Shown one piece after another: positions 6,762-16,338 of a stretch of DNA of 42,779 nt. Source of the DNA: a virus; IMG/VR virus record IMGVR_UViG_3300045988_181578. One strand, 5' to 3'. Under the pieces are notes generated by a model. The model was not told the origin of the DNA and made no database searches. It saw only the letters and a list, made by a program, of their open reading frames with translations. Each line of letters opens with the position of its first letter. The stretch's first letter is position 1. The position numbers were made by a program, and so were the translations under genes.

Positions 6762-8213
6762 TTATCCCTCGTTTTTAAGCGGTTGCAAAGACAAGCGACC
6801 GTTTGCGGACAATTTCGCTTTTCCGCCGTCCAGCGTGTAGATTTCGGAAGCGTTGTTGTCCATCATAAATTTTTTGATGAGCAACTTGTTTTTTTCGTTT
6901 TTGTCATCATCCAATCGGATTGATTCGGCGAAAAACAATGCTTCGTTAAACCACTCGTGCGCGTCCTGATCGTCGATTTGGTCTTGTGAAGACAACATAA
7001 CCGCACCTGACGCATTGAACTTTTCAACCTCTTGATAGCACGCAAAGTCCTTTTTCATCAAAGACAGCGTTTCTTTGTTTATTTCTGGAGGCGTGTTGGA
7101 GGCGATTGCCTTTTCAAAATTCCGCAACGCCTCTTTGATTGCTTCCTGCATTTCGGGGATAATTCCGTAAACAGACGTATAAATTTCGGGCGAAAAACGT
7201 TCTTTCACTTCTTCAAAGCGTTTCTGTTCAATCAAGGACGCAATTACGCCGCGATTAAATGTGGTGTCCTTTTCCAAAGGCAAAAGCATTGAACTGATTA
7301 CAGCCGCTTCACGTCCGCAAATAAAGGAATTGTATTGGATTTGAAACAAATACTGCCATTGCAAACCGCGCGTTAAAGCATCTTCTTTTAACGCTTTGAA
7401 GTGCTGGATTGTCTTGCACTCCCAAACAGGATTCCGTTCTGTAATTGGACGCCCATTCACGTCGTCATACTGTTCTTTTTTTGAAACGGCGTATCCGTCT
7501 GGTGAACAGGAAGAAAAGGGGCTAACGTCGGGGCGTTTAATGAAGTCTTGACAACGCGTGATTTCAAAATCCACATTTTCACGCAAAGCCCATTCAACGT
7601 AAGATTCGGCGGCGTGTCCGTACACATTCAGTTCGTCGGGGATAGGCGGTTGACGGTATCCGTTTTTGATTTTGTGAAAAACAAGATAGCCCGTTGTATA
7701 CAACGGTTCGTTTAAAAACGAAGTGGCGGCGCGTTCCCCCATTATTTCTATTAACCGTTCTTTCGACACAAAGGATTTAATAACGGCGGCGATTTCAGAA
7801 CCGCCGATTGTCCCTTGTTTTTCGGACAGCCATTCGTCCGAGTTTTGAACAATGTTTCGCATCCGTCCGACGTTTTCCAAAATTTCTTTGCGCTTTTCGG
7901 CGGCGAAGTCTTCAAACGATTGTCCTTTTTCCCGCAGATAGTCTTTGAGCAAAACATTTTTACGGGATTCCAAATAGGCGCGCGTTTCGGCATCGACCAA
8001 ATCCAAGCCGTGATTCCACATTCCTTTGTCGTGAATGGCGGCGTGGCATTCGGCGCACAGCGGTAACAGGTTTTTAACGTCCCAGCGTAATAACTGATTA
8101 TTGCGCCCGATTAAATGGTGGACGTGTTCGGCGGGCTTACCGCACGGGCATTTCTGCCCGATACGCAAGCGCGGATATAACGAATCCAGTTCTTTTTCCA
8201 TTTCTTCACGCAT
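6762..8213 (-). CDS. HNH endonuclease domain fused to a YqaJ-like (lambda Exo-type PD-(D/E)XK) recombination exonuclease, plus an about 200-aa C-terminal region of unknown function
   Basis: HNH motif CPCGKPAEHVHHLIGRNN...LCAECHAAIH. YqaJ signature SDEWLSEKQGTIGGSEIAAVI with SPDGYAV and WECKT (D, ExK). Start taken at MREEMEK (RBS aggaagg), because the upstream 354-nt gene occupies the longer ORF's 5' part. Confidence 0.65.
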   Translation of the reverse strand: MREEMEKELDSLYPRLRIGQKCPCGKPAEHVHHLIGRNNQLLRWDVKNLLPLCAECHAAIHDKGMWNHGLDLVDAETRAYLESRKNVLLKDYLREKGQSFEDFAAEKRKEILENVGRMRNIVQNSDEWLSEKQGTIGGSEIAAVIKSFVSKERLIEIMGERAATSFLNEPLYTTGYLVFHKIKNGYRQPPIPDELNVYGHAAESYVEWALRENVDFEITRCQDFIKRPDVSPFSSCSPDGYAVSKKEQYDDVNGRPITERNPVWECKTIQHFKALKEDALTRGLQWQYLFQIQYNSFICGREAAVISSMLLPLEKDTTFNRGVIASLIEQKRFEEVKERFSPEIYTSVYGIIPEMQEAIKEALRNFEKAIASNTPPEINKETLSLMKKDFACYQEVEKFNASGAVMLSSQDQIDDQDAHEWFNEALFFAESIRLDDDKNEKNKLLIKKFMMDNNASEIYTLDGGKAKLSANGRLSLQPLKNEG

Positions 8214-8559
8214 TGTTTTCACCTTCCTCTGAAATGACGCCGTGTTCAAGCATCGTTCTTTTTCTGTTTCGACAACGGCGCATCGCGATATTATGCTTGC
8301 GGCGTTTATACCAATGATTTTTCCAAAAACGCGCCTTTCGCGCTTCCAACATTTTTTCTTTCCGCGACGGGAAAAGAATAAACTGGATTGTGCGGCGGGA
8401 AACATTGAACAGTTTAGCCAATCCTTTAATCGACGCGCCGTTGCACCACATCGTTTTGATGTTTTCCCGTTCTTCATCGGTCAATTTGACGCGGGCATCC
8501 TGTTCTTTCGGCACGCGCACCTTGTCGATATTGACGGCGGGGGCTTTTTTCTTTTCCAT
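8206..8559 (-). CDS. HTH DNA-binding protein with basic C-terminus
   Basis: IKGLAKLFNVSRRTIQFIL HTH. TAATG overlap with recT. Confidence 0.45.
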   Translation of the reverse strand: MEKKKAPAVNIDKVRVPKEQDARVKLTDEERENIKTMWCNGASIKGLAKLFNVSRRTIQFILFPSRKEKMLEARKARFWKNHWYKRRKHNIAMRRCRNRKRTMLEHGVISEEGENNA

Positions 8560-9668
8560 TATTTCACCCCTTTCCGCAGTTTTTTGTTAAAAGATTCAGA
8601 AACATTTTTTGACGCATCCGCGTAGCCCGCAGTTTCCAATCGGTCGCGCAGGTCATTAACGTACTTCATTTTTTTCAGCGTGTCTGCATCGTCCAAAGAC
8701 AACGACTCATCTGCATACGTTTCCAGCCTGTCCATAAACGTGGACAATTCCAAAATGACGGCAGGCGGTTCTGCATTTTCTTCCGACATTTCCATTTCTT
8801 CATCGGAAACATCGACGCTTTGCCCGTTTTCCTGCTCGCCTGTTTCGATTGACGGCGTTTCTGGTATAGGGGTAGCGGTCAATGCTTCAACGGGCGTTGT
8901 GGACGCAAATAAAGCGGTTTTTTCGCTTTGCACCTGAATGGCGGACTCGGCTTCGGGGACTTCATCGTCAAACATCGCCCGAATTTCAGAACGAATCTCA
9001 ATTTTTGCCATTGAGATTTTGAGGGCTTTTTTGAGCCCGCATTTCAGATACATATCGTTCGGAAAGAATTTCCAAGCGGGCGATTCTTTGCCGAACATTT
9101 TGCGCATCGACGCTTGTTTCGCCGCTTCCAGTTCCTCGAAAGAAAAAGTGTAAATTTTCGGGGAATAGCGGGCACACTTGACAAAAGCGTAAAACCCGAC
9201 AATCTTTTTACGTCCGAACGGATTCCCACGTTTCAAAACGAACGAGTCGCCCGCGGCGGATTCTGTCATTTCAAACGAATCGCCGTCAAACACAAGTCCC
9301 GCGTCCACTTCCAAACCGTTTTGACTCGCGACGTATAACAAGCCTTTATATGACGGTTCCGCCGTCATATTCCCGCTATTGTTGTAAAAATAGCAAAAAT
9401 CGCGTGAATCAAGCGGGATATTCCACGCCGCGACTTGTAAAAACGCCTTTTGCACCGATTCAGGCGTACAATCTAGCAGTTTTCCGCCCGTTTTCGCCGA
9501 CAAATCTTTAACACGGCAAAAATTATAAAATTCAACCGCGCGTTTTGTTAGCTCTATTTCGTCATATCCAAGACGAGCGGCGACGGCGGGAATAAACCCG
9601 CTTGATAACGGCGCGGGCAAAATAGCGGCGTTATTGTTTTTTATAACAATTTGTTTACTTTTTTCCAT
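8559..9668 (-). CDS. recT: RecT-family single-strand annealing protein
   Basis: GLEVDAGLVFDGDSFE...LKRGNPFGRKKIVGFYAFVKC...SPAWKFFPNDMYLKCGLKKALK matches the RecT pattern. Adjacent to the YqaJ-like exonuclease gene. RBS aaggaag. Confidence 0.8.
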   Translation of the reverse strand: MEKSKQIVIKNNNAAILPAPLSSGFIPAVAARLGYDEIELTKRAVEFYNFCRVKDLSAKTGGKLLDCTPESVQKAFLQVAAWNIPLDSRDFCYFYNNSGNMTAEPSYKGLLYVASQNGLEVDAGLVFDGDSFEMTESAAGDSFVLKRGNPFGRKKIVGFYAFVKCARYSPKIYTFSFEELEAAKQASMRKMFGKESPAWKFFPNDMYLKCGLKKALKISMAKIEIRSEIRAMFDDEVPEAESAIQVQSEKTALFASTTPVEALTATPIPETPSIETGEQENGQSVDVSDEEMEMSEENAEPPAVILELSTFMDRLETYADESLSLDDADTLKKMKYVNDLRDRLETAGYADASKNVSESFNKKLRKGVK

Positions 9669-9749
9669 TGATTTGCTTCCTTTCTTTCAAAAATTAACTT
9701 GTTCAAGTGGCGGCGCGTTGTCGCCACTTTGGCAAATTAACCCGTTTTC

Positions 9750-10103
9750 TTAATCGGGCAAAACCGAACCGCCCGCCGTGTACACAGCGACGTTTTCAAA
9801 GTTCTTTTCCAAAAACTCGGCGGTCAATTCTTTTGTTAATGCCGCCAATTTTGAAACAGTACGGCGATTTCCCGCATCTTCAATGACAGTTATAAATTTA
9901 CCTAAACCGTGGCAAACTCTCACGTCCCCTTTGTTTTCCCATTTTGAACGATTACAAACAATGCGGTATCCGTTTAAATCGGGAGTCCGCCAATGCCAGC
10001 GGTTTTTGAATTGTAAAGTATAGACGATTTCCCTGTTTTCCATTCTTAAAACGGTTTCGCTACCTATTTTTTCGGCTGTCCATCCATTGAATAAAGTTGT
10101 CAT
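9750..10103 (-). CDS. hypothetical protein
   Basis: 117-aa ORF with RBS ggaagga. Confidence 0.45.
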   Translation of the reverse strand: MTTLFNGWTAEKIGSETVLRMENREIVYTLQFKNRWHWRTPDLNGYRIVCNRSKWENKGDVRVCHGLGKFITVIEDAGNRRTVSKLAALTKELTAEFLEKNFENVAVYTAGGSVLPD

Positions 10104-10449
10104 TGTTTTATCCTTCCAACTGACGGCGTTTTAACGCCGATTCCAACATTTCCAAACGCCCAAGACGATTAAACAGGCGGATTTCTTCGGCAGAGTCGTT
10201 GCTCTTTGCCCATTTTTCCAAACAGGCGACACCGCCGCCGCTCTGGCAAAATCAAGCTTAACAGTTTTTTTCCAAAAATTCGCCGACGGTCATTTCCCCG
10301 AATTTCGCGCGGAAAGATTCAACTGCCGCGCGTCGCGGTATTTTTGACCGCTCACTCCCGCGAGCTGGCGAATTAAACAGCAAGAGTTTCCCGTTGTCGG
10401 CAAATCGTATATTTTTGTGTTTAACGTTTTTTCTTTCATTTTTTCCCCC

Positions 10450-10659
10450 TTATTCTTCGATTTCCATTTCTTCGACGAAAAACGTCAAATAATCGCCAAA
10501 ACAGTTTTCATAGCCGACCGATTTGTTTAAATCAGCGGCAATACGCTCCGCCGTTTCTTTGTCGTCAAATGTTTCGACGACATCCCCGTACAGATTCCCA
10601 CGACGGTCAGACCAGCCAGATTCACAGCGGGCGTTGTATGCAATAGTGTATTTTTTCAT
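10450..10659 (-). CDS. hypothetical protein (69 aa)
   Basis: RBS aaggag. First gene of the minus-strand early cluster. Confidence 0.45.
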   Translation of the reverse strand: MKKYTIAYNARCESGWSDRRGNLYGDVVETFDDKETAERIAADLNKSVGYENCFGDYLTFFVEEMEIEE

Positions 10660-11820
10660 TTTTTTAACTCCTTTTTTGTTTCCACCGATTCGGTGGTGGG
10701 GTTCTTTGCCCCTCTTGATATTGTCATTGTACGAAAAAATGAAACATCTGTCAACGAAAAAAGTATAAAATTCACACCCTTTTTACAATCAAAAAATGGC
10801 GGATTTCTGCCGTTTTTTAAGGATAGGCGCATTTTTTTTAAAACGACAACGACAAAAAGAAGAAAGCGACGGCGTATATATGGCCGAATCGGGGGAAGTA
10901 GTACAGCGGCACGCGCGTCGATTTGTTTCCACCAAAAACACCGCCTTTTTAGCCCGCCCCACAAAAAACGCCCGCAAGCGCAAAAACAACAAAACGTCAA
11001 GGACAAAGCGGACAAGCAAGAGAGTCAAGTAAGTGAGTAGGGGGGGGAACAGCACGCGCGCTGTACAGCAGCCATCCTTTTTTTTTCTTTAATAGGCGAA
11101 AATGTTTGTTTATGTTTTTCCTGTTTAAAAAAAATGAAAAAATGTTTTTGTTTTGAAAAACGCGGGAAACGGCGGTTTGCTTAGGTTTTTGGAGATTTTT
11201 GAAAAAAAGCAGAAAGCTTATATTTTCAAAAGTTTTTTTGTCAAAACGTGCTAAGTCATTGATTTTATTGAGTTTTAAAATCACATAATATATGTTATGC
11301 GACAATTAAGAGGGTGTGAAACAGCATTTTTCAAAGAAAGCGTAATGTTTTCAATGCCTTACGATAGAGAGTCAATCCTTTTTTGGTTCGGGGAGGGGGT
11401 GTCAGAAAACGGGCGGAAAAAGAAGTCCGCATACAAAAATGTACAGATTTGGCTTTTATTTTTTGTCCAAAAGAGAGATTTTAGACAAGTAGATTTAAGG
11501 AAGAGGTATCAAAAAATACGGGTGTGATACGGAGGGGCGTTTGTAAGAATGGCGGATTTCCGTTGTTTTTGGTTTGTCTAATTTTTCACGGAGTTTTTGT
11601 CTATCAATCCTTTTAAGGGTAGGGGAGTGGGTTAAAAGTGGCGGAAAAGCTTGATTTTTTGATGTTTTAGTGTACGGCGAAAAGAATTTTGGTTGGTAGA
11701 GAGAAAAAAAGGCTTGCAGGGCGGGGATGTGTTTGGTAGAAGTAGGGGAGTGAAGTTAAAGGCTTTCAAAGCGCGCTTTAACGGATTCACGGAAATGTTT
11801 GCAGAGATATAAAGTTGGTA

Positions 11821-11862
11821 AGGGGCGCGCGAGAAGCCCCTTTATCTTTTGTGTTGATTTTT
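11821..11862 (+). terminator. rho-independent terminator
   Basis: Stem aggggc / gcccct (loop gcgcgagaa) followed by ttatcttttgtgttgattttt. Confidence 0.45.
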
Positions 11863-11942
11863 GGCGGTGTTTTGATAGAATGGGGACGTTAAGCAGAAAA
11901 ACTCCTTTTTTGTTGACGTTAGGCAGTTTAACGGCTGTCTAT

Positions 11943-11975
11943 GAGCGGGTGTAAAAAAGCCCGCTCTTTTTTTTA
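11943..11975 (+). terminator. rho-independent terminator
   Basis: Stem gagcggg / cccgctc followed by T9. Confidence 0.55.
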
Positions 11976-12033
11976 TGGTTATTGTGGCGTTATTGTGCTA
12001 AGATTATCTGAATTTATCTTAAGAGGTGTCGCA

Positions 12034-12423
12034 ATGAAAGAATTATTGGGTCAATTATTGGCGTTGGAGCTTATGGCGAAAGAGGTTCACTACTCGTACA
12101 GGGGTGGGGACTTTTTCAGCGTCCATAAGTTAATGGATGAAGTGTTTTCGGGTTTGTCCGATTTTCGGGACGAGTTGTCGGAAACTGTGTTTATGGGGCA
12201 GGGCGCGCACGTTCCGACGGCGATTGAAGTTATTGACGAAGCTTCGGAGTTTATCACCGTTGATGTTTCAATGCGGTCGATCGTTGATTTGATTGACGTG
12301 ATTCTGAATAAACTGTCTGACGGGAATATCCGCGTCGGTGAAGAAAAGGTGCTTGATGATATATCGGCGCATTGCCGTAAATATCGCGGATTGATTTTGG
12401 CACAAATGGGAGTTTCGGAATGA
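12034..12423 (+). CDS. Dps/ferritin-like four-helix-bundle protein
   Basis: VHYSYRGGDFFSVHKLMDEVF...DELSETVFMGQGAHVPT parallels the Dps motifs [23 protein letters not shown]...DEIAERLLALGGKP. RBS agaggtg. Confidence 0.5.
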   Translation: MKELLGQLLALELMAKEVHYSYRGGDFFSVHKLMDEVFSGLSDFRDELSETVFMGQGAHVPTAIEVIDEASEFITVDVSMRSIVDLIDVILNKLSDGNIRVGEEKVLDDISAHCRKYRGLILAQMGVSE

Positions 12424-13070
12424 CGGTATCGGACGGACTCGTTCCCAAGGTTTGTAAATGCTGCGGGAGGCGTTTTCGTGGCGAGCCCAAACAGCAATTA
12501 TGCTCCGACGAGTGCCGCGCGGAAATGCGGGCGCGTTCGTATGAAAAAAGAAAGCGGACGATGAAGCGCACGAAAAGAATGGTTGCCAAGGAAGCGGAAA
12601 AGATTTTCCGTGAAAACGCAAAGCGGCAAAAGAAAGAGATTGTGCGTTCGCCTGAAGAACAGTCGGCTATAAATGAAAAAATGGCGCGGTTGCGGGCGAT
12701 GATTACAAAAGAAGATTACGAAAAAGCCGCGATTACGCGCGCGGACACTTGTAAAACGAAGCGTGTGTTTGAAGCGGCGGTCAAAGCGATTGTTTTGGCG
12801 GAAGACATTAAAGGGAACAGCGTTCTTGAAGAAATGGTCAAGGCGTTGGTGAACAAGGTTCTGGATATGGGCGACGTTTCGGCTTTTGTGGCGTTGCGGG
12901 ATACAATGGGCGAAAAGCCGATTGATAAGAAAGTGTCCGCAAGTTTTGATATGCCGACTTTTGCGCCGCCGCCGATTAAGAAAGAAGACGACCCCGAATA
13001 TGCCGAATTTTTGGAGTGGAAGCGGCGTCGGGGTTTGATTGAAGCCGAATATAAGGAAGTTAAAAAATGA
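12420..13070 (+). CDS. putative terminase small subunit
   Basis: Lies immediately upstream of and translationally coupled to TerL. N-terminal Zn-ribbon CKCCG...CSDEC plus a basic region. Confidence 0.45.
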   Translation: MTVSDGLVPKVCKCCGRRFRGEPKQQLCSDECRAEMRARSYEKRKRTMKRTKRMVAKEAEKIFRENAKRQKKEIVRSPEEQSAINEKMARLRAMITKEDYEKAAITRADTCKTKRVFEAAVKAIVLAEDIKGNSVLEEMVKALVNKVLDMGDVSAFVALRDTMGEKPIDKKVSASFDMPTFAPPPIKKEDDPEYAEFLEWKRRRGLIEAEYKEVKK

Positions 13071-14392
13071 TTGACCCGCGCGAAATGATTTCCCCCGCGT
13101 TCAATGACGTTTATGACTCGTTGGTGCGCGGGGATTTTGAATACAGGCATCTGTGGTTAAAGGGCGGGCGTTTTTCTTTGAAGTCGTCTTTTATGGGACT
13201 GATTATCCCGTTTTTGATGATGCGGGACGCTTCGTGGGTAGAGCAGGGGATTATTTCAGAGTCTTCTTTGTCAAACGCCGTCGTTTTGCGAAAGTTCGGG
13301 AATACGTCGCGCGAATCAACGTTTGCGCAGATTGAATGGGGAATCCGAAAACTCGGCGTTGATGAATTGTGGGAAAGCACGCTTGCGCCGCTCACTTACA
13401 TTTACCGCCCGACGGGACAAAAAATTTATTTTCGCGGTTTGGATGACGCGACAAAAACAAAGTCAATTAAGGCTTCAATCGGGCGTTTTGTTTACGTTTG
13501 GTACGAAGAACTTGAAGAATTTAACGGAATGCCCGAAATCCGAAAAGCGAATCAGTCGTTTTTCCGTGGCGGTGACGGTTTGGATGAAAAAGACTTCCAT
13601 TTAAAAAATGTTTGCTTTTGCACCTACAACCCGCCTCTGACCATGGCATCTTGGGTTAATGAAGAAGCGGCGAAGAACGACAAAACGCGGAAGGTTCTTC
13701 ACTCGACGTATTTGGACATACCCGAAAAAAAGCGGATTGCTTGGATTGGCGCGGATGCGTTAGAGGAAGCAGAGACTTTAAAAATAAAAGACCCCCGCGC
13801 ATATCGGCACGAATATCTGGGTGAGGTTGTCGGTACCAGCGGAGCGATTTTTAAAAACTTGTCCGCTGAAACGATTGACGACGACCAAATCAGAAGATTC
13901 CCGAACGTTTTGACAGGTATTGACTGGGGATTCGGGCACCCGTTTGTTTGGCTGAAAGTGTCCTATGATAAGACGTTGGACACGATTTACGTTTATGATG
14001 AAATTGTCGAAACGGAACTTTTGAATAAAGACGCGATGCGCCTTGTTCGTGAACACAATAAAGGCGACCGCAAAATCGGAATCATTGCCGACAGCGCGGA
14101 AAAGAAGTCTATTTTGGAATGGCGCGGGAAAGGATTTAATATCCGCGGCGCGCGCAAAAGAAAGAACAGCGAAAAATACGGTATTAAATGGATAGCGGGG
14201 CGCACTAAGCTTGTTGTCGATCCCGTTCGTTGTCCGAAAGCGTATCAGCAACTTTCACAATACGAATTTGTCCGCGATAAAGAGGGGCGTTTCACCGACC
14301 AGTTGCCGAAACTGAATGACGACGTTTCCGACTGTTTGCGGTACACGTTGGAAAATCAAATCTTTCCTATGGCTTTTTCGTTTCAAAAATGA
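13067..14392 (+). CDS. terL: terminase large subunit
   Basis: ATPase-like N-terminus LKGGRFSLKSS. C-terminal nuclease motifs GIDWGFGHP and IIADSAE. 441 aa. Confidence 0.85.
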   Translation: MIDPREMISPAFNDVYDSLVRGDFEYRHLWLKGGRFSLKSSFMGLIIPFLMMRDASWVEQGIISESSLSNAVVLRKFGNTSRESTFAQIEWGIRKLGVDELWESTLAPLTYIYRPTGQKIYFRGLDDATKTKSIKASIGRFVYVWYEELEEFNGMPEIRKANQSFFRGGDGLDEKDFHLKNVCFCTYNPPLTMASWVNEEAAKNDKTRKVLHSTYLDIPEKKRIAWIGADALEEAETLKIKDPRAYRHEYLGEVVGTSGAIFKNLSAETIDDDQIRRFPNVLTGIDWGFGHPFVWLKVSYDKTLDTIYVYDEIVETELLNKDAMRLVREHNKGDRKIGIIADSAEKKSILEWRGKGFNIRGARKRKNSEKYGIKWIAGRTKLVVDPVRCPKAYQQLSQYEFVRDKEGRFTDQLPKLNDDVSDCLRYTLENQIFPMAFSFQK

Positions 14393-16284
14393 TAAAATCG
14401 CCCATATTTCGGGTAACAGGCGGATTTAAAATGTCTAAAAAGAAAAAACAGAAACTTCAACAGGCTTTGCAAAATGTAAAGTCTTCTTTGACGGCGCAGG
14501 ACAAAACGGCGGCGTGGGGAAAAATGTTTTCCAAAACTGTCGAAAACTTTCAAAAGCGGACAAAAGACGGAAAAACCGTTGCGATGGACGCTTCCGTGTG
14601 CCAAAAATTTCAAGATTATTACGCTCCGAATATGGATTTGGACGCTACTTTGTACGAATATATGCAAAAGGGCGTTTTTATCGGTTATCAGGCGTGCGCG
14701 ATGCTTATGACAAACTGGCTGATTTCAAAAGCTTGCCGTTTGCCGCCCGAAGATGCGCTTGCGCCCGATTTTCGCATCGTTCTTGAACAGGATTCCGACA
14801 AAGAAACGCAGGAAAAAGGCGAAGAACTGAAAGAACTGCGTTATTTGGCGGACAAAAAATACAACATTATCCCGCAGACGCTCAAATATCTGGTAAACAA
14901 CCGCACTTTCGGTGTCGCTTATGCTTTGCCGATTGTTGACGGTATCGATTATTCCGCTCCGTTCAACATTGACGGCGTGAAATCGGGGGCTTATAAGGGG
15001 ATTCGTATTATCGACCCGATTTGGCTTGTACCCGAATTTAATTTGTCGTCTGTTTCAAAACCCGATGACAAGAGCTTTTACGAACCGACGTTTTATCAAC
15101 TTATGAATGGACAGCGTATTCACGCGTCGCACGTTATTAAATGCGTATACGCGCCTGTTCCCGATATTTTGAAGCCGTCGTTTTACTTTGGCGGCGTTCC
15201 TTTGACGCAAATGATTTATCGCCGCGTGTTTTCTGCGGAAGCGTTGGCTGATGAAGCGACAATGCTGGCGAAAAGCAAGCGTATGCTGATTGTTGACGGC
15301 GATTTGGCTTCCTACATTGAAAACGAAGCAGAAATGCAAGTGATGTTGGATAAGGTTGCCGAATTGCGCGATAACAAGGGGATGTTCTTTAAAAATCCCG
15401 ATGACGACGTGAAGCAGATTGACACGTCGCTTACGGACTTGCCAGAAGTTATGGCGGGGCAATACCAACTTGTAGCGTCAACCGCTCAAATGACGTATGA
15501 AAAACTTATGGGGACAGCCCCGAAAGGTATGAACGCAAGCGGCGAATTTTCCTATAAAGATTATGTGCAGACTTTGCAGGGCATACAGGAATTGCAAGCA
15601 ACGCCCTTAATCGAGCGGCATTGTTTGCTTTCTTTGAAGTCAGATTTCGGAAAAACGTATAAATTTAACGTTGTCTTTAACCCGATTGACAGCCCGACCA
15701 GCAAGGAAATTGCCGAAGTGTCCGCTATTCGCGCCAACACTTTGGCGACGTTGCAGGCTTCGGGGGCTATTTCTACCGATGAAATGCGCGATGTGATTCG
15801 GCAGGACGAGCATCTTGGATTGAACAACATTTCCGATGATATTGACACGTCGGAAGTTCAAGAGCAAGAAACGAACGGCGACCGCACCGTTCAAAAGGAC
15901 GGACAAAATTTCCGTATGCGGAATCCCGCCATTTCCCCGACTTTGCAACAAAAAGAAAAAATCAAAGTCAAAGCGTCCGATTCCGCTTGTGAAGACGGCG
16001 GCGAGGGAAGCGGCGACTTCAATCACAAAGGACGCAAGGGCGAAGTCGGCGGTAGCGAATCCAAAGAAAAGAAAGACCGTTTGACGAGTTCCGAAAACGC
16101 GTCCGAAAAAGAAGATGACCACGATTTTATCGTTGTCGAACGCGGAACGGATGAAGTCCGTCTTAAAAACAAAGAGGACGGCGTGAAGTTTTGGGTAGAC
16201 AAAGACGAGTGGGATGACCAAAAGAAGCGTTTGTCAAAATCTGGCGTTGCAAAGTACCGCCGCGCTAAAAATAAATTGACTTAA
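14389..16284 (+). CDS. portal protein with low-complexity acidic/basic C-terminal extension
   Basis: Position directly after TerL. 631 aa. ATGA coupling; alternative start at 14431 (MSKKKK). Confidence 0.6.
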   Translation: MIKSPIFRVTGGFKMSKKKKQKLQQALQNVKSSLTAQDKTAAWGKMFSKTVENFQKRTKDGKTVAMDASVCQKFQDYYAPNMDLDATLYEYMQKGVFIGYQACAMLMTNWLISKACRLPPEDALAPDFRIVLEQDSDKETQEKGEELKELRYLADKKYNIIPQTLKYLVNNRTFGVAYALPIVDGIDYSAPFNIDGVKSGAYKGIRIIDPIWLVPEFNLSSVSKPDDKSFYEPTFYQLMNGQRIHASHVIKCVYAPVPDILKPSFYFGGVPLTQMIYRRVFSAEALADEATMLAKSKRMLIVDGDLASYIENEAEMQVMLDKVAELRDNKGMFFKNPDDDVKQIDTSLTDLPEVMAGQYQLVASTAQMTYEKLMGTAPKGMNASGEFSYKDYVQTLQGIQELQATPLIERHCLLSLKSDFGKTYKFNVVFNPIDSPTSKEIAEVSAIRANTLATLQASGAISTDEMRDVIRQDEHLGLNNISDDIDTSEVQEQETNGDRTVQKDGQNFRMRNPAISPTLQQKEKIKVKASDSACEDGGEGSGDFNHKGRKGEVGGSESKEKKDRLTSSENASEKEDDHDFIVVERGTDEVRLKNKEDGVKFWVDKDEWDDQKKRLSKSGVAKYRRAKNKLT

Positions 16285-16338
16285 CGTTTTGTAAATGGCA
16301 TTATAACAAATAATTGTATTTCATACGGACGGCTAAAA

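Larger units (their letters stand above)
10660..12033. promoter_or_regulatory. 1.4 kb non-coding early/late switch region (candidate origin and promoter region)
   Basis: No credible ORF. A/T runs, G8 tract at 11041-11048, 10-bp palindrome gctgtacagc at 11062-11071, repeated aatggcggatttc..cgtt motifs (10795, 11548), iteron-like repeats ttggtaga(g/a)ag and taggggagtg.gttaaa.g x2 (11610-11765). Confidence 0.5.

Noticed and set aside
6085-7292. Plus ORFs 6085..6639, 6192..6389, 7032..7292 and minus 6863..7045
   Set aside because: Antisense to or out of frame with the RusA, Zn-ribbon and HNH-exonuclease genes.
6762-8477. Full-length 571-aa version of the exonuclease ORF starting at 8477
   Set aside because: Its first 88 codons overlap the independent, RBS-supported HTH gene (8206-8559) in another frame. 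An RBS-supported ATG (MREEMEK) at 8213 directly follows that gene's stop.
10656-11527. Six overlapping ORFs (both strands) in 10656-11527
   Set aside because: Low-complexity poly-A/T/G sequence with mutually overlapping frames and no RBS pattern. Treated as a non-coding switch region.
12090-12621. Minus ORFs 12090..12497, 12254..12589, 12268..12621
   Set aside because: Antisense to the Dps-like and TerS genes of the late operon.
15055-16221. Minus ORFs 15055..15468, 15561..15848, 15640..16221 and plus 15836..16084
   Set aside because: They lie inside the portal gene, antisense or in an alternative frame.
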